A stretch of DNA of 63,630 bases, filler included, from Choristocarpus tenellus KU-1152 (GCA_964200185.2; 9 parts of 9 records of this genome joined end to end with filler, not necessarily neighbours in it); one strand, 5' to 3'. Shown: positions 48,466-61,482, counted from the whole stretch's first letter. The notes: generated from the sequence alone by a model not told the origin. Program-made: numbers and translations.

Positions 48466-51400
48466 GGGCCTTCATTGTCTTTAAGTGTGTCTTTCTCCAT
48501 GTGGCAATAAAAGTATGCTCATTTCTGGAGGCTGGCAGCGCTCTGGAGTTGTTCTAGAGGATAGATGTTCCAGAGGACAGTTGCCCCCCTCCCTTTGCCA
48601 TGGCCTATGTATGTAGATGTGCTGATTAGAATCACTGGACTTGGAGTTTCCTTGAAGATACCTTCTGTGCCTTTCCTGGACTTCCCTTGATATTTGTGGC
48701 ATGCTTGCTAGAAGGCTGACTCTGCATACAACACCGTCTCTGTCGTGATGATCCTGATTTTGTACTGTAGATCGATTCAGACCACTCTCAATAATTTCCT
48801 ATTCCCTATTGGTGAGTGTGGTAATTCTTGACACACTCAGATTGAAAAAGATAATACATTTACTTGTAGGGGTGCTAGAAGAGGTGGAGGTGATTTGCTG
48901 GTAGTGTCAAGGCAAGGTTCATTTGGAATCTTGATAGAAAACAGATCGTTATATACTACCCTTGATTGCAACAGTGACTTGTCTCATTGCACTTGAGTTC
49001 AGGGTAGTATATAACGATAGGGGAGGTGGCTGAATCTTGGAGGATTCTTGAGATGGAGCTGTGAGGGAGAGTTGCAAGGTGGATGCACCCTGTTGACTCA
49101 ATGTGCCATATAGAAATGTGCTTTTTTGTATCCTGTGGAAGATGCTGATACATCAATGTATTTTATGGGGGTTGAATTTCAACCCCACTATTTTTTAACC
49201 AGACTCATATTGATGCCCAGTCGGAAAGAGTCAAGTCTCGAAAATTTGGGTGTGTTTTCCTCGTATATGAAACAAAATCAACATTTCCTTTAACGTACTA
49301 GGATTTTGGGAGCTAGGAGCCTAGCTAATGATTCTCAAGCAGGTATGGTGGTGTGCACATATGCATTTTTCATCTTGTGGACCTTTGAGAGAAGGTGTTC
49401 CCATACCCCCATTGTCACGTGGATGTTGTGAAACTGACTACAGTGCTTTACATCCCTCTGTCTGTGTTCTCACTTGTAGTAGAGTTATAGTAGTAGTGGT
49501 ATTACAGATGGAAATAGTTGGTAGGAAACAAAGTTTTTAGACTGCTTTTTTTTCATTTTTTGGGAGGCATGATTTTATATTCTGTCTCATTCTTTTCTGC
49601 ATCACTGGAAAAGTCTTCACAATCTATTGACAGTTATTGGAAACAAAAATGAGCATGGTGTACCAGAGTGGTTGCACAGCTGAAGGTGGAAATTTTGGGG
49701 GGTTGCCGATTGGGTTTGGAATAATTTCAACCTGGTGAAATTCCATGTAGCACCTGATCCCCCCATGTGGTAGGTAGCAACTGTATGTGGTACTCAATGC
49801 TATCAGATCTGCACAGTTCAAAAGTACTTCACGAGATGTATGTGATACCACAAAAGGGTATCACGTCACAATTGAGGTTCTGAGGATTTTGTGACAGGCT
49901 GGACCATGGTATGGGGAAGTATAAACTCAGAAAGAATGTGAACAAAGGGGTGAAGACAAGGCTCGAGTTGCTTGCCATAAGTGAAGCTGCCAAACTTGCT
50001 TGAATGAAGAAGTTGAACCTGAAGAGAGTTAAGGACGATGGACAGAGGAAACTAAGGGAAAAGAAAACAAAATTTGGAGAGGCCATCAATTGCTGTTGCT
50101 GCTCATGGTGCTGGTGTTGGTAGTGTGTATGTTGAGGATTTACATAAAGAGTTAAGGAGTATATCCGAGTATTAAATTTGGAATGATGTTGTAATGGTAT
50201 TTAATTGCAGGCAACAGGACCGACAATGGATGTCTCTCAATACATACATATACTAGTATATATCGTATTAATTTTACATGTAATACGATATATCAAATAC
50301 TGTACATAAACGTGACACAAACGAAAAATACGTGAACATTGTATCGCTTGCAGTTTATTTCTAACTACAATGAATTGCTACATACTTCATACAACTTTGC
50401 AATGATTTCACATCTCAATGTCATCCCTGCTCCTATGAGAAGGTGGAAGAGCAGGAAAATGGGAAAGTAGAATAACATGCTATATGTCATGATACAGCAT
50501 ATACATTGCAACTATATTGTATTAATACTATTTTCAAGTCTGCTGATAATAATAGATTTACTGATAAATACTCAATGCATTATCATATTTGTGTGCTTTC
50601 ATTTGATCAACTTCAAGAGACCAGAGTCCGATCCTGACTGCGGGTGGGTCCAAGTCTGCATGTACTGCAAACCTTGCACCAAGATTGGGTACTGCAGGCC
50701 TCCCACACTCTACATAGGCTGCAAATGCTTGGGTTGGAGGTATACCAATTGCCCCAACCAGGAACATAGCTGGCTCTCCCATCCCCACTGTATTGTGTCC
50801 ACCACTATGTTGACATTGAACCTGCATGATATAGTTCTACTTCCCCATGACAATGGTGGCTATGATGAAGGAAGAGACTCCGAGCCACAGTGTTCCAGTG
50901 AGCCAGGAGGAGGGGGACAGAGAGGGACTATAAAGATAAGGAAAACCTCTCCAGCTAGTAGCCATGTTGCTCCGGCAGCACCAGGATGAGGAGGAAAGTG
51001 GAGGTTTTTACCTGTGTTGTAAACAAACAACAAAAGAAACATATCTGCGTAGCTAATGATGGGTTCTGTGTATAACTTCAACATTCAAAATGGCTAACAG
51101 AGGATTCTAAACTAATGAAAGTATCACAGGTTGTAAACCTGCCCAACAACACGACAAAAAATTAAGAATTACATTCTGTGCCAACCATCCACTCAGTGTT
51201 TTGCAAAAATGGTCGACTACAGCATACAGGTAGAAGATGAGCGGATATTCATAGTATTGTCTCTAGCTTGATAGGTACTAGAAGTGTTTTTTTATGCATG
51301 CTTCACACACCATAGCAACAACAACGGTAACAAGTAAGCAGTAGTACCACATACACCTCTTACTTAAATATATGCAACAATAATAACACACACTTACATA

Positions 51401-51496
51401 ATGAAATGATGGGAAACAAAAGCAATAGTGATGAAGAGGGTCCCTCCCCACATTGAACAATAACCTACTAATACAGATTTTTTGTTTACACACATT

Positions 51497-51558
51497 GAGT
51501 GAAAGTATCTTAGAGGGTAAGAGTTTTCCCCTTTTTGTCCATTTGGGGCTTGCCTTCC
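51497..51558 (-). mobile_element. MITE subfamily A fragment cut by contig end
   Basis: gagtgaaagtatcttagagggtaagagtttt...gtccatttggggcttgccttcc. Confidence 0.9.
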
Positions 51559-51658
51559 NNNNNNNNNNNNNNNNNNNNNNNNNNNNNNNNNNNNNNNNNN
51601 NNTTAATTAATTAANNNNNNNNNNNNNNNNNNNNNNNNNNNNNNNNNNNNNNNNNNNN
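51559..51658. other. Artificial contig linker
   Basis: N44-TTAATTAATTAA-N44. Confidence 0.98.
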
Positions 51659-54600
51659 TCTCCTTGTTACCCCCCCTCCGGTTTCTTCTCCAATTCAATA
51701 CTGACCATCCCTTCATTCCTCGTGCCTCTGCCTGCCACTCAATTCTTTAACCTCCCAACTGTTCCTTAACTCTTCGTACATTCTTTGTTGATTCTTCTTT
51801 TCTTTCTTGTCCCCTTCCTTGCCCCATGCCCCCAACCAACCAGAATTCTTCCGCCCACAAAACTCGGACTACTTCATAAACTTTCACTTCATTTTGTATT
51901 AATGGAGTCGTGTAAAACAATGGTGCAATAGTATACAACAGTCACACATGTTTCCCATTTAGCTCCCCGAGTTCACCTTTTGGTTGACCTTGAATCATGT
52001 TTACATGGCTTCAAGGCCGATCAGAAGGGGGGGTGATGTGGAAAGCATGTTTGTCTGTTGTTATACCGTTATTGCCGTATGCCATATACCCTTATACCAT
52101 TGTATCGATTGACGTTCCCAGTCAAGCGTCCATGATTTCACGGACAGACTTTCCGTCAGAATGAAACCATGGAATCTCTTCGTGTGACCAATCCCATAGA
52201 CTTGGAACAGCTCGTCATTCAGAGTTGTCACAAATGGAAGATCCACTTTATTCTCACGTCTTGACTGATGATGAAGCACCATCTTTGATGATGCTCATAT
52301 GACTCCTAAGTATTTGCACTTGTCCAACCTTAACCTCGAACCCTCGGTTACAGTTCGTCCTTGTTCGTCTGGTCCGTCTTGTCCGGTGATTCTCTTCACC
52401 ACCCTTGCCTGAGTGAACCACGCCGCCACAGAATAACACGACTCACATCGGCGACACTGGTGTCCTCCGAAATAGGGTGACGGGGAATTTCTATTTGACC
52501 ACGGACACAAGATGCCGAACTCAAGATCAAGGCGTAGACGTCGTGCACAAGAGCGAAGAACTCCAGATCTGACGCCATCCAGACTAATAGAAGAGGAGGT
52601 TCAAGACCACGAGTCCATAGAAGACATGGAGCCTTCCACCCATCTTGATTCTGACTCGTCTGGTATCGACTCAACGTTATCCAGTACCACCACACTTGCT
52701 GAACGTAGACGCGGTTCCCCCCCTTCCCCTCTTACAGATCGGTGGGCGAATACCAGACCCGTGTCGTCGACCCTTGAGCATCATGTTAGCTTGGGCGACC
52801 GTGACACTCGTCAGGTCTTGTTTCAAGAAGAACCGGTACCACCCCCAAGTTCGACTACTTGTGAGGTGACCATCTCGCAGGCAAAGTTCGGGGATGCTGT
52901 ACCAGCATTCATCGCGCACCACGTCAATGAGCGCGCAAGAACAAACACCGTGCCTCCTGAATGGCATCAGGATCTGATGAAGCTCCAAGTTCGGGGAACG
53001 GGCACCGATCACCGTAAGATCCCTTCAACAGAGTAGCGACATCACACGCCCACCACCACTGTCAGAAGGGAGTTGTTTCAGGTTTTCCGCTTTGGAAATA
53101 CCATCTGGTCTGGTAATTACAGGTTCTGGAGAAGAGAATTTATCACTCTTGTTCTCTAAATGGCACGTGGGAATATCCTTGCATTCTAGTCAGTATGGTC
53201 CCGCATCCCCTGAGACATTTAATGCTCGGTGTGTAGAATTTTTTCTGAAAATTCTTCAAGGACCAGCTGAAACCTTTTATTTTCAGGCGTTGGCGGGTAC
53301 GGTAGAGTGGCGTTCGACAAGTGATTTGGCTCGTTTGCAATCGTCTCTTGACACCCCTGTCCCCATTACACCTCCAAAGACCTGGGATGATGTCCAGAAA
53401 GCCTTGATCACCGCGTTTACCCCCGCCCATGCTGTAAGTGTATCAGCTCGTAGACTAACGCCCTTGAAACAGGGGGAGAACGAGTCGGTTGACCAATCTA
53501 CTTTACGTTGCACCACAGCAATGAATCGTTTTTTAGATGATGTTCATCGCACAACATCGTCCTCAGATTCAGTCAAAACGGCTTACTCCCTGCAATTCAT
53601 CTTGAACAGATTCGGGACGAACTCGCCACCTCATTTGCCCAAGCTCGTGACCGTGCCAAACGTCATAAAGCTAACCATTTATATGGCAATAACCCCACCC
53701 CCATAACAACTTACACAAGTGCTGTGACCCACAATCCTCGTCGTGGAGAGGTTCCCCGCACAGAATTCGAACAATTGCAGCGCGAATGTCAACGGCTCCG
53801 TACAGAGGTGGAACGTCACCGAGCGGGGGAAACCCTCTCAACAGGGCCCCAGCTCGGTCGTTGACGAGTCCACCTCCCACAGCCAGGGCCACTGACAGTA
53901 CTACACGACCCCAAGACACGTCATCACCCTACACAGAGTCACCGTCCAACTTGCAGTACACCATAGATCACCAACTTAGTGTTTGCCAGTACCCGGGTTG
54001 CCAGGTAGCGACTTGTGAGGGTCACACAACCCTGTTGTGCCTGGACAATCCGAGGGGCGCTCGTTTACCACACTTACGTCGTAAAGGCAGGGGTCGTGGA
54101 AGTCGTGTTCGTGTTCGTGAGGATAGTCAGTCAGTACCGGGCCATTATTGATCCTCGTCCCTAGTAGGGGTGCCCAGGTGGATTTCTCTCCTGTCCATTT
54201 GGGAACAGCCATGGTGTTGTTGACACCATCATAGGGAGTGGCAAGCGTCAGAGGTTGACACCAGTCGCACCTCTTGCCCCGCAGGCATCGTTTATTGCCT
54301 GCACGCGTGTCACTAAGCATTTTTCTTTGCCAGTAGTTCAACCAAACTCGTGTGATAATAATGAAACTTGGTTCAACAGTTCTTTGTGCAGATACCCATC
54401 CATGCCCAAACCTTTGTCGTTTTCATCGCAAAGGGTTCGTGTATCGGGCACCGTTGAAGAACAAGAGGAAAATGACTTGACTATCGACACAGCCAGTGAT
54501 GTACCATGTATTTCTGAAATATTTGTTCGCATTCATTCTCAACTCAAACGTTTTGATGTGCATCCTGTCCCACCTGGTGCAATAAATCTATGTACAGCAA

Positions 54601-54881
54601 AGGTTCACATTTGCATATCCGTGGATTTATTCGTTTTGCACTTACACTTGGTGACCCCACATTGCCAGTTGAAGCTTTAGTGATTCCCCAACTTAGTCCC
54701 GATAAAATTCTGCTTGATAATAGTGTTATCCAGGCCTTCGATGCAATCCTTGATTGGCAAGAACAACGTCTTTCATTTCACAACAGTTCGTGTACCATCC
54801 CAGCGAGACATCACATGACAAGGAGCCCCACTCAAGTACGTGATACAAGTACCACTCCTTCGTGCTCTGTGGTGAGTGTGC

Positions 54882-55295
54882 TGTTGAACTATCCCACACT
54901 GGACCCGCGGCTTTTATGGTGCTTTAATGAAGGACAAAGAACAGCTTGATGTAGATGAACAAAATTAATATTACAAGGGGCCTTATGGTCTCGATTCTGC
55001 TAACTGAGAACGTGGGTAAGACCAGTGCAGACTACCATGTGGGAATTGCAACGTCCACATGGATAATCAGAAAATAATATTATAGGCAGAAAATAATACT
55101 ATAATCATAAAAGAATACAACCACTGCATAATATATGATATGTGCAGACTTCAATTAAGATACACCGAAACATATATCTGTCACTACTATTCCTCCATTA
55201 CTCCATTACTCCATTACTCAACTGGTGGTGTTTATCTTTCATAATCTACTCCACCGATGGTGTCTATAGTGTATCAGCAGCACTATCTACGAACA
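54882..55295. mobile_element. Solo LTR (414 bp) inserted in the Gypsy pol, 5-bp TSD TGTGC
   Basis: tgtgc[TGTTgaact...ctacgAACA]tgtgc; removing it rejoins the frame SVVSV|QHAFDPVPVR. Confidence 0.85.
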
Positions 55296-55596
55296 TGTGC
55301 AACATGCTTTTGACCCTGTACCCGTCCGTCCGTGTACATAAACAGTATAACATACCACCTGGTCATGAAATCATCGTACGTTGCACAACTGATACTCGTC
55401 CGTCGTTGGATACTGCCGTGGTAGTGGAGCCAGTCATACACTCCATGCCTGCTGTAGATCAAACCTCTGAACCTACACCTCCATGGAACCGTATCGTAGC
55501 TGCTCGCACCCTCAGTACTTGGTCAACAAGTAATAGATCAGTATTGGTTCAAATGGAAACCCCAACAACACGGAAAGTACGTATCAGGAAGCATCT

Positions 55597-55855
55597 GAGT
55601 GAAAGTATCTTAGAGGGTACGAGTTTTGCCCTTTTTGTCCATTTGGGGCTTCGCTTCCCAAGTTTTTTTTTATGACATTTTCCTACTCCGAAATGTTTCA
55701 GAGTAGGTAAGACGTACACGTTATGAAAAGGTGTGTTCGGAACACGGGTATTGACACTTCCTAGCAAGCACAATAACCGAAAATACATCGAAATTGCAGC
55801 ATTGGCTTTTGGCCCCCAAATGGACGCGGCTCTACCCTCTAAGATACTTTGGCTC
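55597..55855 (-). mobile_element. MITE subfamily A inserted in the Gypsy pol, 4-bp TSD ATCT
   Basis: atct[gagtgaaagtatc...gatactttggctc]atct; removing it restores the frame KVRIRKHL|VIGHLTPI. Confidence 0.95.
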
Positions 55856-56199
55856 ATCTTGTGATAGGTCACTTAACCCCAATCTCAGATCAGATACCAA
55901 TCACTGTTAGTGCTCTAAATACGGATTCTGCTCCATTCAGTAAAGCTAGAGAGGAGTTACTTCAAGCCTTCAACAAGTCAAACGCGTTCAAAGATATCAC
56001 GTTCAATCAGTCACAAGTGTCTCAACTTTTAGACCTCTGTGCTCGTTATAGATCGGTATTTTCGTTGAATAAAGCAGAACTAGGCAGATGTACCCTAGCT
56101 GAAGCAGAAATTCCTATAGAGCCTGGTACCAAACCTGTTGACAGGAACCCTTACAGAGCAAACCCCCGTACTCAACAAGTAATTGACTCGTGTGTTAAT

Positions 56200-56299
56200 N
56201 NNNNNNNNNNNNNNNNNNNNNNNNNNNNNNNNNNNNNNNNNNNTTAATTAATTAANNNNNNNNNNNNNNNNNNNNNNNNNNNNNNNNNNNNNNNNNNNN
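56200..56299. other. Artificial contig linker
   Basis: N44-TTAATTAATTAA-N44. Confidence 0.98.
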
Positions 56300-57599
56300 C
56301 CCCCCCACCAAAAAAACATGATCGATCCTGAGGGGTTTGCTTGATATGGGGTGGGCTTCTTATTTAATTAAAAAAAAAGAAAAGGTTTGCCGTTTGACAG
56401 CATAGCTGAATTAAAAATCCTTGAAAAAAATAAATCTACTTGAGTGTTGTGAATCGTAGCGAATCTGAGCGATTCGATTACAATGCGATTTTTGATATGT
56501 TAAGCCGTGTGACATTTTGCTGACATTTTTTTTTTTTTTTTTAAACTGAAATTTTTTGCTCATGTGAATTCACTCGGCACTATTCTAGTTTTATTTATTT
56601 ATTTGTTAAATATATATAAAATCTAACAATGAGAGTTTGTTGAGAGTTTTTGTAGTCCACGTTGTAAGTGATTTTTTTAAATCTTCAACAACACTAGTCT
56701 TAAGACGCTTTTGTATTGAGAGGGTTAAAGACTCCTTAGGGCTAGGGTTAGCGTTAGGGTTGGATGGTTGATTTATTTCTTCGCCAACACTCTTTGTATT
56801 AAGAAAAACCCCAAGACTGGTGTTTTAATATGATAAAATAAAATATAATATATAGCCCAGTGGGCTGCTGACTAATCCAGAAAATTCTGAAATTCAAGTA
56901 AAAAAAAATCGGAGGTCAGTGGAGCGATATAATGCTGTGGGTTTTACCAAAGATGGTACAACATTTCCCGTTGAGTCACACCGCCCCCATGACTAAACTA
57001 AACCCTATTTAAAACAGTTCACAAGAGGTCGCTATTTTTGTTATTATGCCCTCGACATTTTGCAGATGTGTCAGGGGAAAAACCAATGAAAAGCAAATTA
57101 AACATCATAATAACCCCTGAAAAAGCAACAGTTGTTATAGGTGTGTTGTTATTATAATTGTTATTATAATTGATATTATTACCATTGTTGTTATTATAAT
57201 CGATGTTATTACCATTGAGAGCAAGAAACAACACACGCTGATACACACACTTGAGACTACTCCTAGACTGACTCTTGAGAGATTCTTCTTTCTACACCGC
57301 CTTCTGAGTTTCAGTCTAGCATATATTATATAATGTATATCCCTAACCCTGTAACATAATCTATGATGTATAATTTCTATTACATTATATATATTATATA
57401 TTATGTATATGCACCAACCTCTGTTGTTGTACTGTTTCTAGTTGTATTCTATTCCTTGTATGCTCTGATTCCCTTCCCTTTACAATGATATTTACAAATA
57501 CCAGTGAGCATTAAATAATAATTATAATAATAATTATGATGATAACAATAATCCTACCATTGTGTGAGATGCCACTATACTGCATATAATACGACTGAC

Positions 57600-58400
57600 T
57601 GTTTGAAATTGCATGGAGACCAATCAGTGCCAGGAATCTAGAGGGGATACGATGCGGCGGTAGGCATGCATAATCCATTGCCATCACAGTGGCATATCCA
57701 AGAAAGAGCCGGTGTCCTCCTGGTTGAACCCTCTGCTTGTAGCTTGCTAAGAAATGCTTTGACTTTTCCTTAGGGTGCTTGTCTCCCAGGACCCAATTGA
57801 GATAGAGCCTATGTGCCCCCAAGCAGGCAATTGTGTCTGCCAAGGAGACGGTAGCAGCTGAGAAGGAGGTCCTGCCGGGGGGGGCAGCAATAGTATACTC
57901 TCCTCCATGGGGTTAATGCACCCGTGCTTCCCTTCAGATGGCTTTCATGTGAACAAATAGGGACTCCGCCCCAGGTTTTGATGGCCTTTGCCCCGCCAAC
58001 CATCGCCGCAGACACTGGGCACCATAGCACTGCGTCTGGAGATAGCTGGCCTGCACATCCCCAGATTCTCTTTCTGCAGGTTTTGAACATTTTACACGGC
58101 ATCTTGAGTCCTTGAGTGGAGGAAAAAATTGCTGCCCATTATCATAATATATGTATATATATTCTTCTCAGGATGGCTTGTCGTTGGGTGTTAGCACTGA
58201 TAACATGCTACCACTTTGAGGAGTAACTGAGGAAGGAGTTCATGGATGATTTGGCGTTGGTGTTGGCACTCTCGATGATGGGGGTAGAGCTGTGCCCTAG
58301 TTGGCGCTTACTTCCCTGCGGTGTGAATATTTCGGTGTGGACCTTTGAGGCAAGTGATTGGTGGAACAATGCAACCAACATCGTTTGTTAGCAATGATTT
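57600..58400 (-). mobile_element. Decayed LINE (apurinic endonuclease-like) relic
   Basis: Broken frames include NWVLGD...HRLFLGYAT, resembling the GDFN and downstream motifs of LINE endonucleases. Confidence 0.25.
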
Positions 58401-59169
58401 GTTCATTGCTGCCATGTCCCCTCGCTCAGGGCCCCTTCCCTTTACACAGGAAAGGTCTGTGGAGGCTCACCTGGTTTAATACGCTTACGTTTGGATAGCT
58501 GGGGGGACGGGGGGGACGGGGGAGGGGGGGGGGGGTAAGAACCCTGTGGTCAAGGATGGGAGGGAGCACACACTGAAGTGACCCGATAAGCCTCCTTCCT
58601 ACTCTAATGGTCTGGCACGTCCAAGGTGTTGCTGGAGGACCTACACCCAACTTTTGATCCCAAGAGGCTCTCGTCACATGCATATATATATATATATAAT
58701 GTACATTTCTTAATTTTCCTGATCCTTTTGCTTTTTGGAGGAGTAGGTGCTACGCAGCCTTAGGAGTGTTCCACCATCCGAAGGCGGATCTGCAGGGGGG
58801 TGGGTGTTCTCCTGAACATTGGAGAGGGCGTATACATCACGTCACCCCCCCTTCCTCATCAGAGTCACTGCCCTCCGCAGTCGGAGCTGAAACTTCCGAC
58901 CGCTGGAGGCTTCGTCCTTGCTGGGGATACCAATATGTATTGTTTGCCTTTACGTGTCCCCCCTCTTTTTGATGCGGATCCTCTGAAAGTCTCACCTCAC
59001 CTGGTGGACCACCATTATTTAGCGCTTGGCGTGGAGTCAAAAGGACAAGTGAGGGGATCTTCACTGCCCCCCTAGTGTAGCTACTTGCTCCTCTTGTTCG
59101 CAGTGGACTGTCCCTTACTCCCTCTCCCTCCCTTCCCACCCACCCCCCCCCCCCACGCCCCCCCACCCC

Positions 59170-59269
59170 NNNNNNNNNNNNNNNNNNNNNNNNNNNNNNN
59201 NNNNNNNNNNNNNTTAATTAATTAANNNNNNNNNNNNNNNNNNNNNNNNNNNNNNNNNNNNNNNNNNNN
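59170..59269. other. Artificial contig linker
   Basis: N44-TTAATTAATTAA-N44. Confidence 0.98.
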
Positions 59270-59747
59270 TTTTTTTTATAAAAAAAAAAAAACTGTTTTT
59301 GGTTTCACAGTTCCCCCCTCCCCCCCCCCCCCCCCCCCCCCTCCACCCCCTCCACCCCAGCATTATTCTTTTTAGTAAACAAACATCTTGAACGGTGATT
59401 GGATCTGCCAGAAAAACGACCACCCCATTTTTATCTAATTGCTGTCAATAATCTCTCACAACCCAAGATTAGTTGAAAAATCAAAGCTCAAGTTGTGATC
59501 AACACGGTAAGACTCTGTCTACTCTCTCCCACCGATAGCTTGTACCTACTACGCCCTTTCATGCCCCCCCCCTCCCCCATCCCTTTGATGTGTGCTGACC
59601 AATGATGTCCATGGGGTCCTTCAGATCCATTTGTGTGAGGTATGTGGTTCAGAGCATGTGCAGTGGATGGGTAGATGCCCCACTTGTAAGGAGTGGAATA
59701 GCATCAAACCGTACAAGGTCCGGCGAGAAAAAGGTGGGAGGCGTGTA

Positions 59748-60143
59748 TTATATTGTCATTAATAAGGTACACTTGTATAATATTTATGAGGTATAATAAT
59801 TTTGTCATTTATCAGGTGGCGATTTTGTTGTATTTATAGGGTATAATATAATTTATATTTTTTGTTGTCTTTTTGTAAGGTGAAGGTATAATTATATTGT
59901 CGTTTATTAGGGTGTAACTATATTGTCATTTAAAGGTATAATTATGTTTTAATTTATTCGTTATAATTATATTATCATTTTTAGGGTATAATTATGTTGT
60001 TATTTTTTAGGGTATACTTATGTTGTCATTCATAGGGTATAATTATGTTGTCATTTCTTAGGGTATATAAATATGTTGTCGTTTATTAGGGTACAATTAT
60101 GTTTTCATTTATAGGGTATAAATATGTTGTCATGAAAAGGTAC
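59748..60143. repeat. Degenerate AT-rich minisatellite, unit ~27 bp
   Basis: Repeated agggtataattatgttgtcatttat with indels. Confidence 0.8.
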
Positions 60144-60474
60144 AAGCAATAACTTCAAAGAGTGGAAGAGGGTTGAGCTGTAGAACCTCCGATGGGCAGA
60201 GGAAGAACGAGTTTTTACTCAAGCATTTATTTAATAACACAATTCAGAGGTATAGGTATATTGTCACTGAAAGGTACTTTTCATTAAATACACACGAGTG
60301 CAGTACCATGGCTTTATCGTGACTGTTACACCATGGTGCTTAGGGTTAGGGTTGTGTTTTGTCAGGTAAGCTTTGGTTATTGGGTGCCTCAGAGAAGTAC
60401 TAAAGGGTTACCGTGTCCGCTACAATGTGAAGATAGCTTTAGTTGCTTTTTACACTCTCTGTGTACACTACAGC

Positions 60475-60532
60475 AGGGTTAGGGTAAGGGTAAGGGTAAG
60501 GGTTAGGGTTAGGGTTAGGGTAAGGGTAAGGT
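60475..60532 (+). repeat. Interstitial telomere-like (TTAGGG/TAAGGG)n tract
   Basis: About 9 hexamers; shorter tracts at ~140-170, ~20856-20890, ~45777-45796 and ~56737-56762. Confidence 0.85.
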
Positions 60533-60671
60533 TGGTGGAGTTTCGGAGTGCTTGTTTGTAACGGAGGTTTTCATTGGACAAGCATTTCTTTTTCTTTTTC
60601 TTTTTGGAGTCCGGCAGCAAGTGCGTACACATGGAGAATATAGTGCCGTGTGCTTGAAGCGCTCAGTTGTT

Positions 60672-60990
60672 GTTTGTGTGTGTGTATTGTGTGTGTGTGT
60701 TGTGTGTGTGTGTGTGTGTTGTGTGTGTGTGTGTATTGTGTGTGTGTATTGTGTGTGTGTGTTGTGTGTGTTGTGTATGGTCGTGCTGAATTGGGGTGAG
60801 TAGGTAGTAGTAGGCAGGGCTTGTACGGAGTTCACAAGACAAGAAGGCGTGTCTTTGCAATGTGATTCAAATTGTGGAAAAGAAAATGTCGGCATGTAAG
60901 CACCTGAAGAAGAGATAACAGTTTAATGTGTGTACGATATGATACGATACGATACGATATGATACGATATGATACGATACGATATGATAC
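60672..60990. repeat. Compound microsatellites: interrupted (GT)n at 60672-60780 and (GATAC/GATAT)n at ~60936-60990
   Basis: Direct inspection. Confidence 0.9.
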
Positions 60991-61204
60991 AACTAAGCAT
61001 AGCATAATACCTTGGATTGTTTTTTTTGAGAAAGTGGAGCACTGGACTTAAATTGCCCGCCTTTCTTGCCGTACACATAACATCTCCGAAACACAAGGCT
61101 ACATTTAGGTTAAGGGATACAAATTGTTTATGTGGTGCACTGCATATATTAAGTATATTAATAGTGACAGGGCTAGGGATAATGCGTTTAGAGAGCCATT
61201 GGAT

Positions 61205-61482
61205 GAGTGAAAGTATCTTAGTGTGTACGAGGTTTGCCCTGTTTGTCTGATTAAATTACATTTGAGGGCTTGGCTTCCCACCGACTTTTGATGACATTTC
61301 ACCTACTCCGAAATATTTTGGAATGGATAAAGTGTATACGTTATAAAGAGGTGCATCCGGAACAAGGACATTGACATCTCTTAACAAACACGGATAGTAG
61401 CCTAAATTACATCAAAATTGCAACATTGGATTTTGACCCCCAAATAGACGTACGTGGCTCTACCCTCTAAGATACTTTGACA
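61205..61482 (-). mobile_element. MITE subfamily A, more diverged copy
   Basis: gagtgaaagtatcttagtgtgtacgag ... ctctaccctctaagatactttgac. Confidence 0.85.

Larger units (their letters stand above)
52037..56199 (+). mobile_element. Degenerate Ty3/Gypsy LTR retrotransposon: LTR (~52037-52319), primer-binding site (52370-52386), gag, protease and start of RT; cut by contig end
   Basis: gag PKTWDDVQKALITAFTP...LKQGENESVDQ; Cys/His box CQYPGCQVATCEGHTTLLC; aspartic protease LTIDTASDVPCIS and ILLDNSVI...AILDW; pre-RT LGRCTLAEAEIPIEPGTKPVDRNPYR. Frameshifts and stops are present. Confidence 0.93.

Noticed and set aside
48500-50100. Short minus-strand ORFs here, and similar short ORFs at 37800-38570 and 42540-43900
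   Set aside because: Fragmented frames with no recognisable motif or consistent splice phases; probably old repeat debris.
60373-60895. RV-, CV- and HT-repeat proteins in the ORF track
   Set aside because: They are translations of telomere-like and GT microsatellite repeats.
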